From: Octopus sinensis
Lineage: Eukaryota
Assembly: GCF_006345805.1 (NCBI RefSeq)
Contig: NC_043023.1
Coordinates: 10,664,001 to 10,728,000, forward strand
Length of the DNA: 64,000 nt
Direction of reading: 5' to 3'
Shown: in pieces, positions 36,074-49,602 of the stretch
Layout of the letters: every line of letters begins with the position of its first letter
How positions within the stretch are numbered: the stretch's first letter is position 1
The notes under the pieces: model-generated
The model's input: only the letters and a program-made list of their open reading frames with translations
The model's database searches: none
Told to the model about the DNA's origin: nothing
Position numbers and translations under genes: made by a program

Positions 36074-39000
36074 GGATCTTTTCCTTTTGAACGGCAGTTT
36101 TCAACACAATTTCTAGTTAACTAAACACTTAAAAACTTCGTACACTGGTAGAATGTGTCAAAATAAAACATTTTTTTTCTCTTGGCTTTCTTGAGAAAAT
36201 TGTAATTTGTAAGTTTAATGTAGTTTAACTTTTCGAATTTTAACCAATTCTATGCCCTCTATTGAGCTAAAATCATTTGCAGCGTCTAAAACTAAGACAA
36301 CATCCTGTAACTAACCCTAAACCTCCCCCCTAACCCTAAATTTTTTTTTCTTAATTGTTAAATTAATTTAATTGCTACACGTGTAAAAACACTAAAGCAA
36401 TGGAATTAAATTTAACATGAAGAAAAAAAATTTAGGGTTAGGGTTAGGCGGGAGGTTTAGGATGTTGTCTCAGTTATAGGATGTTGTCTCAGTTTTAGAT
36501 GCAGCAAATGATTTTAGTTGAATGGAAGTAATCGATTGGTTAAAATTGCCAAAATGCTTGGATTTTCAGAGGAAATATCTTACAAACTATAAAACTTTCA
36601 ATAAAACCAAGAAAAAATGATGTTTTATAAACACATTCTACCAGTATACGAAGTTTAAAAGTGTTTAGTTACGTGGAAATTATTTTAAAAAACTGCCGTT
36701 CAAAAGGAAAAGATCCCAAATATCTTACAAACTATAGAATTTTCTCAATAAAGCCAAGAGAAAAAGATGTTTTATAAACACATTCTACCAGTATACGAAG
36801 TTTAAAAGTGTTTAGTTACGTGGAAATTATTTTTAAAAACTGCCGTTCAAACCGAAAAGATCCCAAATATCTTACAAACTATACGATTTTCTCAATAAAG
36901 CCAAGAGAAAAAAATGTTTTATAAACACATTCTACCAGTATACGAAGTTTGAAAGTATTTAGTTACGTGGAATTTATTTTAAAAAACTGCCGTTCAAACC
37001 GAAAAGTTCCCAAATATCTTACAAACTATAGGATTTTCTCAATAAAGCCAAGAGAAAAAGATGTTTTATAAACACATTCTACCAGTATACGAAGTTTAAA
37101 AGTGTTTAGTTACGTGGAATTTATTTTAAAAAACTGCCGTTCAAACCGAAAAGATCCCAAATATCTTACAAACTATAGAATTTTCTCAATAAAGCCAAGA
37201 GAAAAAGATGTTTTATAAACACATTCTACCAGTATACGAAGTTTAAAAGTGTTTAGTTACGTGGAAATTATTTTTAAAAACTGCCGTTGAAACCGAAAAG
37301 ATCCCAAATATCTTACAAACTATAGAATTTTCTAAATAAAGCCAAGAGAAAAAGATGTTTTATAAACACATTCTACCAGTATACGAAGTTAAAAAGTGTT
37401 TAGTTACGTGGAAATTATTTTAAAAAACTGCCGTTGAAACCGAAAAGATCCCAAATATCTTACAAACTATAGAATTTTCTCAATAAAGCCAAGAGAAAAA
37501 GATATTTTATAAACACATTCTACCAGTATACGAAGTTAAAAAGTGTTTAGTTACGTGGAAATTATTTTAAAAAACTGCCGTTGAAACCGAAAAGATCCCA
37601 AATATCTTACAAACTATAGAATTTTCTCAATAAAGCCAAGAGAAAAAGATGTTTTATAACACATTCTACCAGTATACGAAGTTAAAAAGTGTTTAGTTAC
37701 GTGGAAATTATTTTAAAAAACTGCCGTTGAAACCGAAAAGATCCCAAATATCTTACAAACTATAGAATTTTCTCAATAAAGCCAAGAGAAAAAGATGTTT
37801 TATAAACACATTCTACCAGTATACGAAGTTAAAAAGTGTTTAGTTACGTGGAAATTATTTTAAAAAACTGCCGTTGAAACCGAAAAGATCCCAAATATCT
37901 TACAAACTATAGAATTTTCTCAATAAAGCCAAGAGAAAAAGATGTTTTATAAACACATTCTATCAGTAAAACTGCCGTTCAAACCGAAAAGATCCCAAAT
38001 ATCTTACAAACTATAGAATTTTCTCAATAAAGCCAAGAGAAAAAGATGTTTTATAAACACATTCTACCAGTTTACGAAGTTTAAAAGTGTTTAGTTACGA
38101 GGAAATTATTTTAAAAAACTGCCATTCAAACCGAAAAGATCCCAAATATCTTACAAACTATAGAATTTTCTCAATAAAGCCAAGAGAATAAGATGTTTTA
38201 TAAACACATTCTACCAGTATACGAAGTTTAAAAGTGTTTAGTTACGTGGAAATTATTTTAAAAAACTGCCATTCAAACCGAAAAGATCCCAAATATCTTA
38301 CACCCTATAGAATTGTCACAATAAAGCCAAGAGAAAAAGATGTTTTATAAACACATTCTACCAGTAAAACTGCCGTTCAAACCGAAAAGATCCCAAATAT
38401 CTTACAAACTATAGAATTTTCTCAATAAAGCCAAGAGAAAAAGATGTTTTATAAACACATTCTACCAGTTTACGAAGTTTAAAAGTGTTTAGTTATGAGG
38501 AAATTATTTTAAAAAACTGCCGGTCAAACCGAAAAGATACCAAATATCTTACAAATTATAGAATTTTCTCAATAAAGCCAAGAGAAAAAGATGTTTTATA
38601 AACACATTCTACCAGTATACGAAGTTTAAAAGTGTTTAGTTACATGGAAATTATTTTAAAAAACTGCCGTTCAAACCGAAAAGATCCCAAATATCTTACA
38701 ATCTATAGAATTTTCTCAATAAAGCCAAGAGAAAAAGATGTTTTATAAACACATTCTACCAGTATACGAAGTTTAAAAGTGTTTAGTTACATGGAAATTA
38801 TTTTAAAAAACTGCCGTTCAAACCGAAAAGATCCCAATATCTTACAATCTATAGAATTTTCTCAATAAAGCCAAGAGAAAAAGATGTTTTATAACACATT
38901 CTACTACCAGTATACGAAGTTAAAAGTGTTTAGTTACGTGGAAATTATTTTAAAAAACTGCCGTTCAAACCGAAAAGATCCCAAATATCTTACAAACTAT

Positions 39001-42000
39001 AGAATTTTCTCAATAAAGCCAAGAGAAAAAGATGTTTTATAAACACATTCTACCAGTATACGAAGTTAAAAGTGTTTAGTTACGTGAAATTATTTTAAAA
39101 AACTGCCGTTCAAACCGAAAAGATCCCAAATATCTTACAAACTATAGAATTTTCTCATAAAGCCAAGAGAAAAAGATGTTTTATAAACACATTCTATCAG
39201 TAAAACTGCCGTTCAAACCGAAAAGATCCCAAATATCTTACAAACTATAGAATTTTCTCAATAAAGCCAAGAGAAAAAGATGTTTTATAAACACATTCTA
39301 CCAGTTTACGAAGTTTAAAAGTGTTTAGTTACGAGGAAATTATTTTAAAAAACTGCCATTCAAACCGAAAAGATCCCAAAATCTTACAAACTATAGAATT
39401 TTCTCAATAAAGCCAAGAGAATAAGATGTTTTATAAACACATTCTACCAGTATACGAAGTTTAAAAGTGTTTAGTTACGTGGAAATTATTTTAAAAAACT
39501 GCCATTCAAACCGAAAAGATCCCAAATATCTTACACCCTATAGAATTGTCACAATAAAGCCAAGAGAAAAAGATGTTTTATAAACACATTCTACCAGTAA
39601 AACTGCCGTTCAAACAAACGAAAAGATCCCAAATATCTTACAAACTATAGAATTTTCTCAATAAAGCCAAGAGAAAAAGATGTTTTATAAACACATTCTA
39701 CCAGTTTACGAAGTTTAAAAGTGTTTAGTTATGAGGAAATTATTTTAAAAAACTGCCGGTCAAACCGAAAAGATACCAATATCTTACAAATTATAGAATT
39801 TTCTCAATAAAGCCAAGAGAAAAAGATGTTTTATAAACACATTCTACCAGTATACGAAGTTTAAAAGTGTTTAGTTACATGGAAATTATTTTAAAAAACT
39901 GCCGTTCAAACCGAAAAGATCCCAAATATCTTACAATCTATAGAATTTTCTCAATAAAGCCAAGAGAAAAAGATGTTTTATAACACATTCTACCAGTATA
40001 CGAAGTTTAAAAGTGTTTAGTTACATGGAAATTATTTTAAAAAACTGCCGTTCAAACCGAAAAGATCCCAAATATCTTACAATCTATAGAATTTTCTCAA
40101 TAAAGCCAAGAGAAAAAGATGTTTTATAAACACATTCTACCAGTATACGAAGTTTAAAAGTGTTTAGTTACATGGAAATTATTTTAAAAAACTGCCGTTC
40201 AAACCGAAAAGATCCCAAATATCTTACAATCTATAGAATTTTCTCAATAAAGCCAAGAGAAAAAGATGTTTTATAAACACATTCTACCAGTATACGAAGT
40301 TTAAAAGTGTTTAGTTACGTGGAAATTATTTTAAAAAACTGCCGTTCAACCGAAAAGATCCCAAATATCTTACAATCTATAGAATTTTCTCAATAAAGCC
40401 AGAGAAAAAGATGTTTTATAAACACATTCTACCAGTATACGAAGTTTAAAAGTGTTTAGTTACGTGGAAATTATTTTAAAAAACTGCCGGTCAAACCGAA
40501 AAGATACCAAATATCTTACAAATTATAGAATTTTCTCAATAAAGCCAAGAGAAAAAGATGTTTTATAAACACATTCTACCAGTATACGAAGTTAAAAGTG
40601 TTTAGTTACATGGAAATTATTTTAAAAAACTGCCGTTCAAACCGAAAAGATCCCAAATATCTTACAATCTATAGAATTTTCTCAATAAAGCCAGAGAAAA
40701 AGATGTTTTATAAACACATTCTACCAGTATACGAAGTTTAAAAGTGTTTAGTTATATGGAAATTATTTTAAAAAACTGCCGTTCAAACCGAAAAGATCCC
40801 AAATATCTTACAATCTATAGAATTTTCTCAATAAAGCCAAGAGAAAAAGATGTTTTATAAACACATTCTACCAGTATACGAAGTTTAAAAGTGTTTAGTT
40901 ACGTGGAATTATTTTAAAAAACTGCCGGTCAAACCGAAAAGATACCAAATATCTTACAATTATAGAATTTTCTCAATAAAGCCAAGAGAAAAAGATGTTT
41001 TATAAACACATTCTACCAGTATACGAAGTTTAAAAGTGTTTAGTTACATGGAAATTATTTTAAAAAACTGCCGTTCAAACCGAAAAGATCCCAAATATCT
41101 TACAATCTATAGAATTTTCTCAATAAAGCCAAGAGAGAAAAAAGATGTTTTATAAACACATTCTACCAGTATACGAAGTTTAAAAGTGTTTAGTTACATG
41201 GAAATTATTTTAAAAAACTGCCGTTCAAACCGAAAAGATCCCAAATATCTTACAATCTATAGAATTTTCTCAATAAAGCCAAGAGAAAAAGATGTTTTAT
41301 AAACACATTCTACCAGTATACGAAGTTTAAAAGTGTTTAGTTACGTGGAAATTATTTTAAAAAACTGCCGGTCAAACCGAAAAGATACCAAATATCTTAC
41401 AAATTATAGAATTTTCTCAATAAAGCCAAGAGAAAAAGATGTTTTATAAACACATTCTACCAGTATACGAAGTTTAAAAGTGTTTAGTTACATGGAAATT
41501 ATTTTAAAAAACTGCCGTTCAAACCGAAAAGATCCCAAATATCTTACAATCTATAGAATTTTCTCAATAAAGCCAAGAGAAAAAGATGTTTTATAAACAC
41601 ATTCTACCAGTATACGAAGTTTAAAAGTGTTTAGTTACGTGGAAATTATTTTAAAAAACTGCCGGTCAAACCGAAAAGATACCAAATATCTTACAAACCA
41701 TAGAATTTTCTCAATAAAGCCAAGAGAAAAAGATGTTTTATAAACACATTCTACCAGTATACGAAGTTTAAAAGTGTTTAGTTACGTGGAAATTATTTTA
41801 AAAAACTGCCGTTCAAACCAAAAAGATCCCAAATATCTTACAAACCATAGAATTTTCTCAATAAAGCCAAGAGAAAAAGATGTTTTATAAACATATTCTA
41901 CCAGTATACGAAGTTAAAAAGTGTTTAGTTACGTGGAAATTATTTTAAAAAACTGCCGTTCAAACCAAAAAGATCCCAAATATCTTACAAACCATAGAAT

Positions 42001-42269
42001 TTTCTCAATAAAGCCAAGAGAAAAAGATGTTTTATAAACACATTCTACCAGTATACGAAGTTAAAAAGTGTTTAGTTACGTGGAAATTATTTTAAAAAAC
42101 TGCCGGTCAAACCGAAAAGATACCAAATATCTTACAAACCATAGAATTTTCTCAATAAAGCCAAGAGAAAAAGATGTTTTATAAACACATTCTACCAGTA
42201 TACGAAGTTTAAAAGTGTTTAGTTAACTAGAAATTGTGTTGACATCTGCCGTTCAAAAGGAAAAGATCC
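36074..42269 (+). mobile_element. GGATC subfamily A element with ~40-unit 147-bp array
   Basis: Perfect TSD aaagaatg at 36066-36073 and 42270-42277; array from 36573. Confidence 0.9.
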
Positions 42270-42592
42270 AAAGAATGCTGTCATTGAGCGATAGCGAGAG
42301 TGGAAATGGAAGGATTAGACCAGAGAGTAAAAGACGAATTCGGACTCAGAGGCAGCGAGTGGTGTTACTCAGTGCGGGCCGAGTAGCACACTCTTCATAT
42401 TTTCATTTTCAGATATCATGCATGTTATCATAAAGTTAATTAATTTTGAAATACCGATTTTTTTGTAACAGATTCGTAATCTCCGCAGTCGAAAAGGTGG
42501 GTTTCTATAGAAGAAAAAAAGAAAACGAAAGGCGCTGCTGTCCATGTCATTTACCTCCTCCGTATTATTTTATTTCTAAAACTCATTATATC

Positions 42593-42998
42593 TATTTCTT
42601 TATTACCCACAAGGGGCTAAACATAGAGGGGACAAACAAGGACAGACAAACGGATCAAGTCAATTAGATCGACCACAGTACGCAACTCATACTTAATTTA
42701 TTGACTCCGAAAGGATGAAAGGCAAAGTTGACCTCGGCGGAATTTGAACTCAGAACGTAACGGCAGACGAAATACCTATTTCTTTACTACACACAAGGGG
42801 CTAAACATAGAGGGGACAAACAAGGACAGACAAACGGATCAAGTCAATTAGATCGACCACAGTACGCAACTCATACTTAATTTATTGACCCCGAAAGGAT
42901 GAAAGGCAAAGTCGACCTCGGCGGAATTTGAACTCAGAACGTAACGTCAGACGAAATACGGCTACGCATTTCGCCCGGTGTGCTAACGTTTCTGCCAG
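42593..42998 (-). mobile_element. SINE family B dimer (monomer in the duplicate at ~51380-51605)
   Basis: Reverse complement of the SINE B body twice. Confidence 0.8.
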
Positions 42999-43977
42999 CT
43001 CATTATATCTAATTATATCTCCATCAATTGCTAAAATGCTACGTTACGGGGATATAAATATGCCATTCCCATTTGTAAAGTATGAATAGAAGAGGTGGAA
43101 ACACTGAGACCAAACTGCACAAACGAATATACATTCTGACACAAACTAAGAATTCGCTTTAAAAAATTTCAACTTTTATTTTGTCGCTACAAAATATGAG
43201 CTGAAACTAGATAAAATAAAATAAATACGTGTGGCATGTGTCAGTAATGAATGAGTACGAACCTAACAAATTTATATTTTCATTGTAAATTCCGATAAAA
43301 TTCTAATATAAACATTCTGGATGGTATTTGTAGCAAAATTTACTAAGTAATTTAATCTTCATAATTTCAGCAGGTTTACAAATAGCATTTATGATCGGGA
43401 AAATGTAAAGAAATCTTGAATATTGTTAAGATTTCCCACTAAAACAGGTTTGTACAAAGAGAAAACGAAATTTAATATAAAATAAGAAGAAATTATTACT
43501 TTACTCACAATTTAATCTCACTCGTTATCTTCGAAATAGTCCTTTCCCCTTCAGTTTTGATACAAAGTAGAAATTCATCCAGAAAAATCATTAATTTCAG
43601 ACGAGATCAAAGAATATCTGACACCAGAAATATCACTGACAAAAACTTATAGAAAAGGGGAATGTATAAAACATACATTGGTTTGCTTTAATTACCGAAA
43701 CGAAATTAGGTTATGCAGTGTTTCTTATGTTTCTTTTATGTTCTAACGTCAACTCGTGCCGATGTCAATTTTTACCTGTCATTGCTTCAGATGCTTCGGA
43801 ATCAATAAAATAAAGATCAATGAAAATCAGAAATCGATGATAGATACCCCACAATCCCAATATTAGGCATATTTGACTTTGCTCCTAGCGGATAACTAAA
43901 GAAACTATTATATCAAGGTGAATAACTGCCACGAACTGATATACCACCTTTAGAAATTACGAAAAATGTTTTTAAAT

Positions 43978-44060
43978 TATTACAGACATACCACGTTGAA
44001 TGCAACGGTTTTCGGGTGATCACCGAAGTCAAGCTATGTCGAGCCTACCGAGTACTTAGA
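43978..44060 (+). pseudogene. 5' part of a 5S rRNA pseudogene
   Basis: tacagacataccacgttgaatgcaacggttttcgggtgatcaccgaagtcaagctatgtcgagcctaccgagtacttaga. Confidence 0.75.
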
Positions 44061-44660
44061 ACTGGCGAAATGCGTAGCCGTATTTCGTCTGCCTTTACGT
44101 TCTGAGTTCAAATTCCGCCGAGGTCCTTTCGGGGTCGATAAATTGAGTACGAGTTACGCACTGGGGTCGATGTAATCGACTTAATCCGTTTGTCTGTACT
44201 CTCTGTGTTTAGTAAAGAAATAGGTATTTCGTCTACCGCTACGTTCTGAGTTCAAATTCCGCCGAGGTCGACTTTGCTTTTTATCCTTACGGGGTCGATA
44301 AATTAAGTAAGAGTTACGCACTGGGGTCGATATAATCGACTTATTCCGTTTATCTGTCCTCTCTGTGTTTAGCCCCTCGTTGGTAGTAAAGAAATAGGTA
44401 TTTCGTCTGCCGCTACGTTCTGAGTTCAAATTCCGCCGAGGTCGACTTTGCTTTTTATCCTTTCGGGGTTGATAAATTAAGTAAGAGTTACGCACTGGGG
44501 TCGATGTAATCGACTTAATCCGTTTGTCTGTACTCTCTGTGTTTAGCCCCTCGTTGGTAGTAAAGAAATAGGTATTTCGTCTGCCGCTACGTTCTGAGTT
44601 CAAATTCCGCCGAGGTCGACTTTGCTTTTTATCCTTTCGGGGTTGATAAAATAAGTACCA
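44061..44660 (+). mobile_element. SINE family B tetramer joined to the 5S fragment
   Basis: Junctions at 44224, 44398, 44572. Confidence 0.8.
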
Positions 44661-44771
44661 GTTGAGGAGTGGATTCGATGTAATAGACTAGCCCCCCTCC
44701 CCAGATTTCAGGTGTTCTGCCTTTAGAAGAGATTTTTAGTAAGCGAGGTGCTTTAATGTGAGAAATTATTA

Positions 44772-45075
44772 GTGGTTCAGTCCCACTGCGTGGCACATTG
44801 GGCAAGTGTCTTCTACTATAGCCTCGGGTCGACCAAATCCTTGTGAGTGGATTTGGTAGACGGAAACTAAAAGAAGCCCATCGTATATACGTATATGCAT
44901 ATATATGTGTCTGTCCTCCCAACATCGCTTGAAAACCAATGCTGGTGTGCTTACGTCCCTGTAACCTAGCGGTTTGGCAAAAGAGACCAATAGAATAGGT
45001 ACTAGGCTTACAAAGAATAAGTCCTGGGGTCGATTTGCTCAACTAAAGGCGGTGCTCCAGCATGGCCGCAATCAA
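44772..45075 (+). mobile_element. SINE family A, 5'-truncated
   Basis: Starts at the B box ggttcagtccc. Confidence 0.8.
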
Positions 45076-45385
45076 ATGAATGGACGCACTGGGCTGAAGG
45101 CGAAAAGGAAGAATCCACCAAGATACCCAGGTCCTTTACCTGGTCGGTCCTCTCCAGCAGCAGACGACCCGGCTCGAAATCAAGTTGAGTTGCAGAAGAA
45201 GAGCCAACAGGCAGATGACAGCACTTTGACACGTTCAGACACAGGTCCCATTCGTTAGACCATCTCCAAACTTGGTGGAGGCATTGACGAAGATCATCTA
45301 TATCACCGTGAGGAGTGACCAGTTTGACATCATCGGCAAATAGAAGGGTGTGTTGCATGAGGTCGTCAGGCAAGTCATAGTTTAG
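45076..45385 (-). mobile_element. CR1-like LINE reverse transcriptase fragment
   Basis: LLFADDVKL...DLRQCLHQVWRWSNEWDLCLNVSKC...VKDLGILVDSSFSPSAQC. Confidence 0.85.
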
Positions 45386-45762
45386 TGTGAGAAAATGTTA
45401 GTAATGCATGAGGTTGGTATGCATAGCATGGCCCCAACAGGCATAAGAAAAGGACAAAGAGATGTAGTCTTCCTTTTTAAAAAATATAGCGTTTATTACA
45501 GCAAAGTTAATACAATTAATACAAATACTCTCAAATATGAAAATAAATTCCTGTTTGCCAAGAGAACAATAAACGTCTGTTTGAAATTTTAGTTACCAGG
45601 GAAATGTGCATACAAGTGTCAGAACTCTGTAAATGTGATAAGGAGCAGGTTAAATCCCACTTGTGTATGCAGTAGGAAATCAAATCACTTGTTTGAACTA
45701 AATGGTTAATCCATACAAACTGTTGATAGCTGGTTGCATGCCTTATATTATTAAACAGTGGC

Positions 45763-46040
45763 AGATCTGAAGGTGAGTTGCCTTAATATCTGAAGGTGAG
45801 TTGCGACGATTTCATCTCAATCGAAGGAGAGGAGCTTTCTCCGTCCGGGTTGCGGATCCGTGGAACAAGCTGCCAGACGAGATGGTAAAGATGCTGACGA
45901 CCGCTTTGTTCAAAGCCTCCCTGGACCTCAAGTGGCCTGAACTCTTTACATGAACACCACCCTGTACTTAACTCCATGTCCCCCTACATGGACTTGCTAT
46001 TTGCTTTTGAGCCAAATTAACTAACTAACTAACTAACTAA
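45763..46040 (+). mobile_element. CR1-like LINE 3' end with (TAAC)n tail
   Basis: HLNRRRGAFSVRVADPWNKLPDEMV...FKASLD followed by a TAAC tail. Confidence 0.75.
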
Positions 46041-46761
46041 TAAGTGATACTAAGAAAAAGGAATGCCGTGCTGTCCAACACATGTGAATAAATCTTTACT
46101 GACAGATTAACGAAACGCGTTGTTCACTGCTCAACAGCTCTGTTAATCTCTCTTGTTTTTGGCGCCAATCCAATCAACCTGTCGAAAGGGAAAGTTTTTC
46201 TGTCTTACCAGGGAACTGCAATGGGGGTAAATAAGAAACATTTCGCCAACCTTCACATCCTTTGCCATCCAAGTGCACTGAATTTCAAACTCACGCACCT
46301 CACAAAAGCAGTTGCTAGTGCCCGTCCCTATCAGCTCCCTCACCTCATTGTCTGTTTGTCATCAGCACCCAAGGGAAAATAGAATGCCTCTGCTCTTCCT
46401 TTCCTTACTATCTCCTTCACACTTCCTCTTCCAGTCAAGCCCCTTAACCGTTGATGTGACGGCCCTTCCTTCTGGCTCATCTCATCTCTACCCCACATCA
46501 TAATATATCGAAGGTCACCTCCTCATTTTACTCCACATCAAAATCTACCGTCCACCGGTGTGAACGCTCCCAATGCTGTGATCTCTGTAGGAAGGTGGTC
46601 TCATTCCCTTCTCCTCCACCTACATCGTCTGATGAAGTGATGATACTGCAAACATCAAAGACGTGACATCATTCCATCCACAGACCCCGGTCTTCCTTTC
46701 CTCACTTCGTCTCTCGCAAGTAAAAGGGTGGACATGGAAATAATATTGGCAGTCACTGGTA

Positions 46762-48204
46762 TCATTTTTCTCTCATATGACGGCGCTTGTGAGTACTAAA
46801 GCTGCCTCTACTAGCGAATGATTTACCGCAGATATCACAATGATATGGCTTCTCTCCAGTATGAACACGTTTGTGAATAGTTAAGTAACCAGATGTAGAG
46901 AATGATTTCCCACAAGTTTCACACTGGTATGGGTCCTCACCTAAATGAATGCTTTTATGAACAGTCAAGGCACGTCCATAATCGAATGATTTACCACAGA
47001 TATCGCAATGATATGGCTTTTCCCCCGTGTGAACACTTTTGTGTCTAGCTAGGTAACTATTTTCATAGAATGATTTACCACAGATATCACACTGATATGG
47101 TTTTTCTCCTGTATGAATGCGTTTGTGAGTAGTAAAATGATAAATATCATGAAAAGATTTACCACAGACATCACAGCGTAGATATTTTCCTCTTGTGTGA
47201 AACTGTTTGTGTGTCGCTAAATTAGAAGCTTGTGAGAATGATTTCCCACAGATATCACAGAAATATGGCATCTCACCTGTATGAGTACGTCGGTGAGTTG
47301 TCAAGTTACCTCTCCGAGTGAACGACTTGCCACAGATATCACAGGTATATGGTTTTTCACCTGTATGAATACGTTGGTGAATGACTAAGTAATCTTTTCG
47401 ATTGAATAATTTACCACAGATATCACAGTGATATGGCATTTCTCCTGTATGAATACGTCGGTGAGTGACTAAGCTACCTTTCTGAGATAATATTTTACCA
47501 CAGATATCACAGAAATATGGCATCTCACCTGTATGAATACGTCGGTGAATAGTCAAGTTACCTCTCCGAGTGAACGCCTTACCACAGATATCACAGTAAT
47601 ATGGTTTTTCACCTGTATGAATACGTTGGTGAATGACCAAGTCGTTTTTACCATTGAATAAATTACCACAGATATCACAGTGATATGGTTTTTTACCTGT
47701 ATGAATATGTTGGTGAATGACCAAGTCGTTTTTACTATTGAATAATTTATCACAGATACCACAGTGATATGGCCTATCTTCGGTATGAATACGTTGGTGA
47801 GTGACTAAGCCACCTTTCTGTGAGAATAATTTACCACAGATATCACACTTATATGGTTTTTCACCTGTATGAATACGTTGGTGACGGACTAAGTCAGTTT
47901 TACCATTGAATAATTTACCACAGATATCACAGTGATATGGCCTTTCACCTGTATGAATACGTTGGTGACGGACTAAGTCAGTTTTAGCATTGAATGATTT
48001 ACCACAGATATCACAGTGATATGGCCTTTCTCCCGTATGAATACGTCGGTGAGTGACTAAGCTACCTTTCTGAGATAATATTTTACCACAGATATCACAC
48101 TCAAATGCTGTTCTGCCCTTTTCATTCTTCTCCTCATCAGAAAAATCAATTTCTTCAGACTCTCTTTTACATTCAACTTCACTCCGATATAATTCATTTT
48201 CCAT
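46762..48204 (-). CDS. Poly-C2H2 zinc-finger protein D, 480 aa, 16 fingers
   Basis: Intact ORF from ATG 48204 (MENE); close paralog of C and E. Confidence 0.9.
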   Translation of the reverse strand: MENELYRSEVECKRESEEIDFSDEEKNEKGRTAFECDICGKILSQKGSLVTHRRIHTGERPYHCDICGKSFNAKTDLVRHQRIHTGERPYHCDICGKLFNGKTDLVRHQRIHTGEKPYKCDICGKLFSQKGGLVTHQRIHTEDRPYHCGICDKLFNSKNDLVIHQHIHTGKKPYHCDICGNLFNGKNDLVIHQRIHTGEKPYYCDICGKAFTRRGNLTIHRRIHTGEMPYFCDICGKILSQKGSLVTHRRIHTGEMPYHCDICGKLFNRKDYLVIHQRIHTGEKPYTCDICGKSFTRRGNLTTHRRTHTGEMPYFCDICGKSFSQASNLATHKQFHTRGKYLRCDVCGKSFHDIYHFTTHKRIHTGEKPYQCDICGKSFYENSYLARHKSVHTGEKPYHCDICGKSFDYGRALTVHKSIHLGEDPYQCETCGKSFSTSGYLTIHKRVHTGEKPYHCDICGKSFASRGSFSTHKRRHMREK

Positions 48205-48769
48205 AATTTTCCTTTCTCTTGTCACAGTTCACAAAGGTTTTCCTTCTTCTCGTATATTGCTCTTAACAAATATTTCTACTGATATATCTCCATCAAAAGT
48301 GATCTTTGTTAATATCTGAAGATGCTGCAAACTGCCTTCTTAATTGCTTTAACTCATTAACATTCAGATTACTCTGTCAAATATAATGTTTATTGAAATT
48401 CTTCTGAATTAATCATTCAATATGTTATCATGTTCAGATTTCAATGTTGCGATTGTTTATTTTTTGAATGACCTTGTAGGGTGGGTGTGAGGGGTGGGAT
48501 CTGGCTAGTATGAATATAAAACACACAAAAATATGGCCAGTTTAACCGTTTAGCATTGAGATTCCTTTGTGAAATGTAATGCTTATTTATTCATATTGTT
48601 TTGAATTAATCATGGATTATCTCATAGCTTTGAGATTTCATTTCTGCAGATATATTTTGCAATAATTCAGTATATATAGAAACTGGGTTATACGTGTTAT
48701 GAGTAAGACGTTCAATACTAATGATGTAGTTTATATAAAAATCCTGTGAAGCAGATGTCATCTGATAAT

Positions 48770-48792
48770 CTGAAACGAAAGAGAAACAACAG
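48770..48792 (-). promoter_or_regulatory. Candidate 3' splice acceptor upstream of ZNF D
   Basis: Identical to the motif at 35241. Confidence 0.6.
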
Positions 48793-49602
48793 TGTAAAAC
48801 ATACAAGATAATTAGGAATTAGAGAGATTAAAGCAGTGAAATGTTTTACTACATTTTTATATAGACATGGCTGTAGAAGTGCAGGGATGGTCGTGTGGTA
48901 AGAAGTTGGCTTCCCAACCACATGGTCCTGGGTTCAGTCCCAGAGTGGCCAATCAAAGCCTTGGGAGAGGATTTGGTAGATGGAAACTCAAAGAAGCTTG
49001 ACACATACAACGGGCTTCTTTCATTTTCTGTCTGTCAAAGGTTTTGGTCGGCCCAAGGGAAAAGCAGAAGACACTTGTTCAATGTGCCATGCAGTGGGAC
49101 TGAACCCATAAACAAGTGACTGGGAAGCAAGCTTCTTGGCACACAGCCACATCTGTGCCTTTTAATAATGGTTTATAATTTTCTCAAGTGTGACCTGTTT
49201 ATACTATTATCCGATTGGCAGAAACGGTGACATTGGGAGAAATAGTATTCAGATATGGGTAGAGAGCAGAGTTCCGCGATGCTTTAAATGTGGCCAAAGA
49301 GGCAACATTCGAGCACACTGCCCTCTACAGAAGAGAAAACTGGAGGAAACAACAGATGAACGAGTTGTGGAGACGGAGGGGCGGGGGGAGAAAAAAGAGG
49401 AAGAAAAGGAAGAAAACTGAGTGTGGATACTCCAGTCCAACTCCATCCCACCCAAGACCATTCAGACCCACCTGCCCTATACAGACACCGGACCCACCCA
49501 CTCCCTTTCCCTCCACAGGAATAAAAAAAGAAAGCGAAAAAAGAGCAGACACCACAGAATTTAGAGGACCCCTCACCTGGTGAAAAAGGATACGAAAGAA
49601 TG

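Noticed and set aside
44181-44603. 140-aa repetitive ORF (and similar SINE-derived ORFs)
   Set aside because: Translation of tandem SINE units.
46040-46750. Possible additional LINE RT remnant on the minus strand
   Set aside because: Only a vague W..W resemblance; cannot be assigned without a search.
48606-48806. ORF after the acceptor as an N-terminal coding exon of D
   Set aside because: It ends in a stop well before the ZNF ORF and the frame is not kept in C; at most a uORF.
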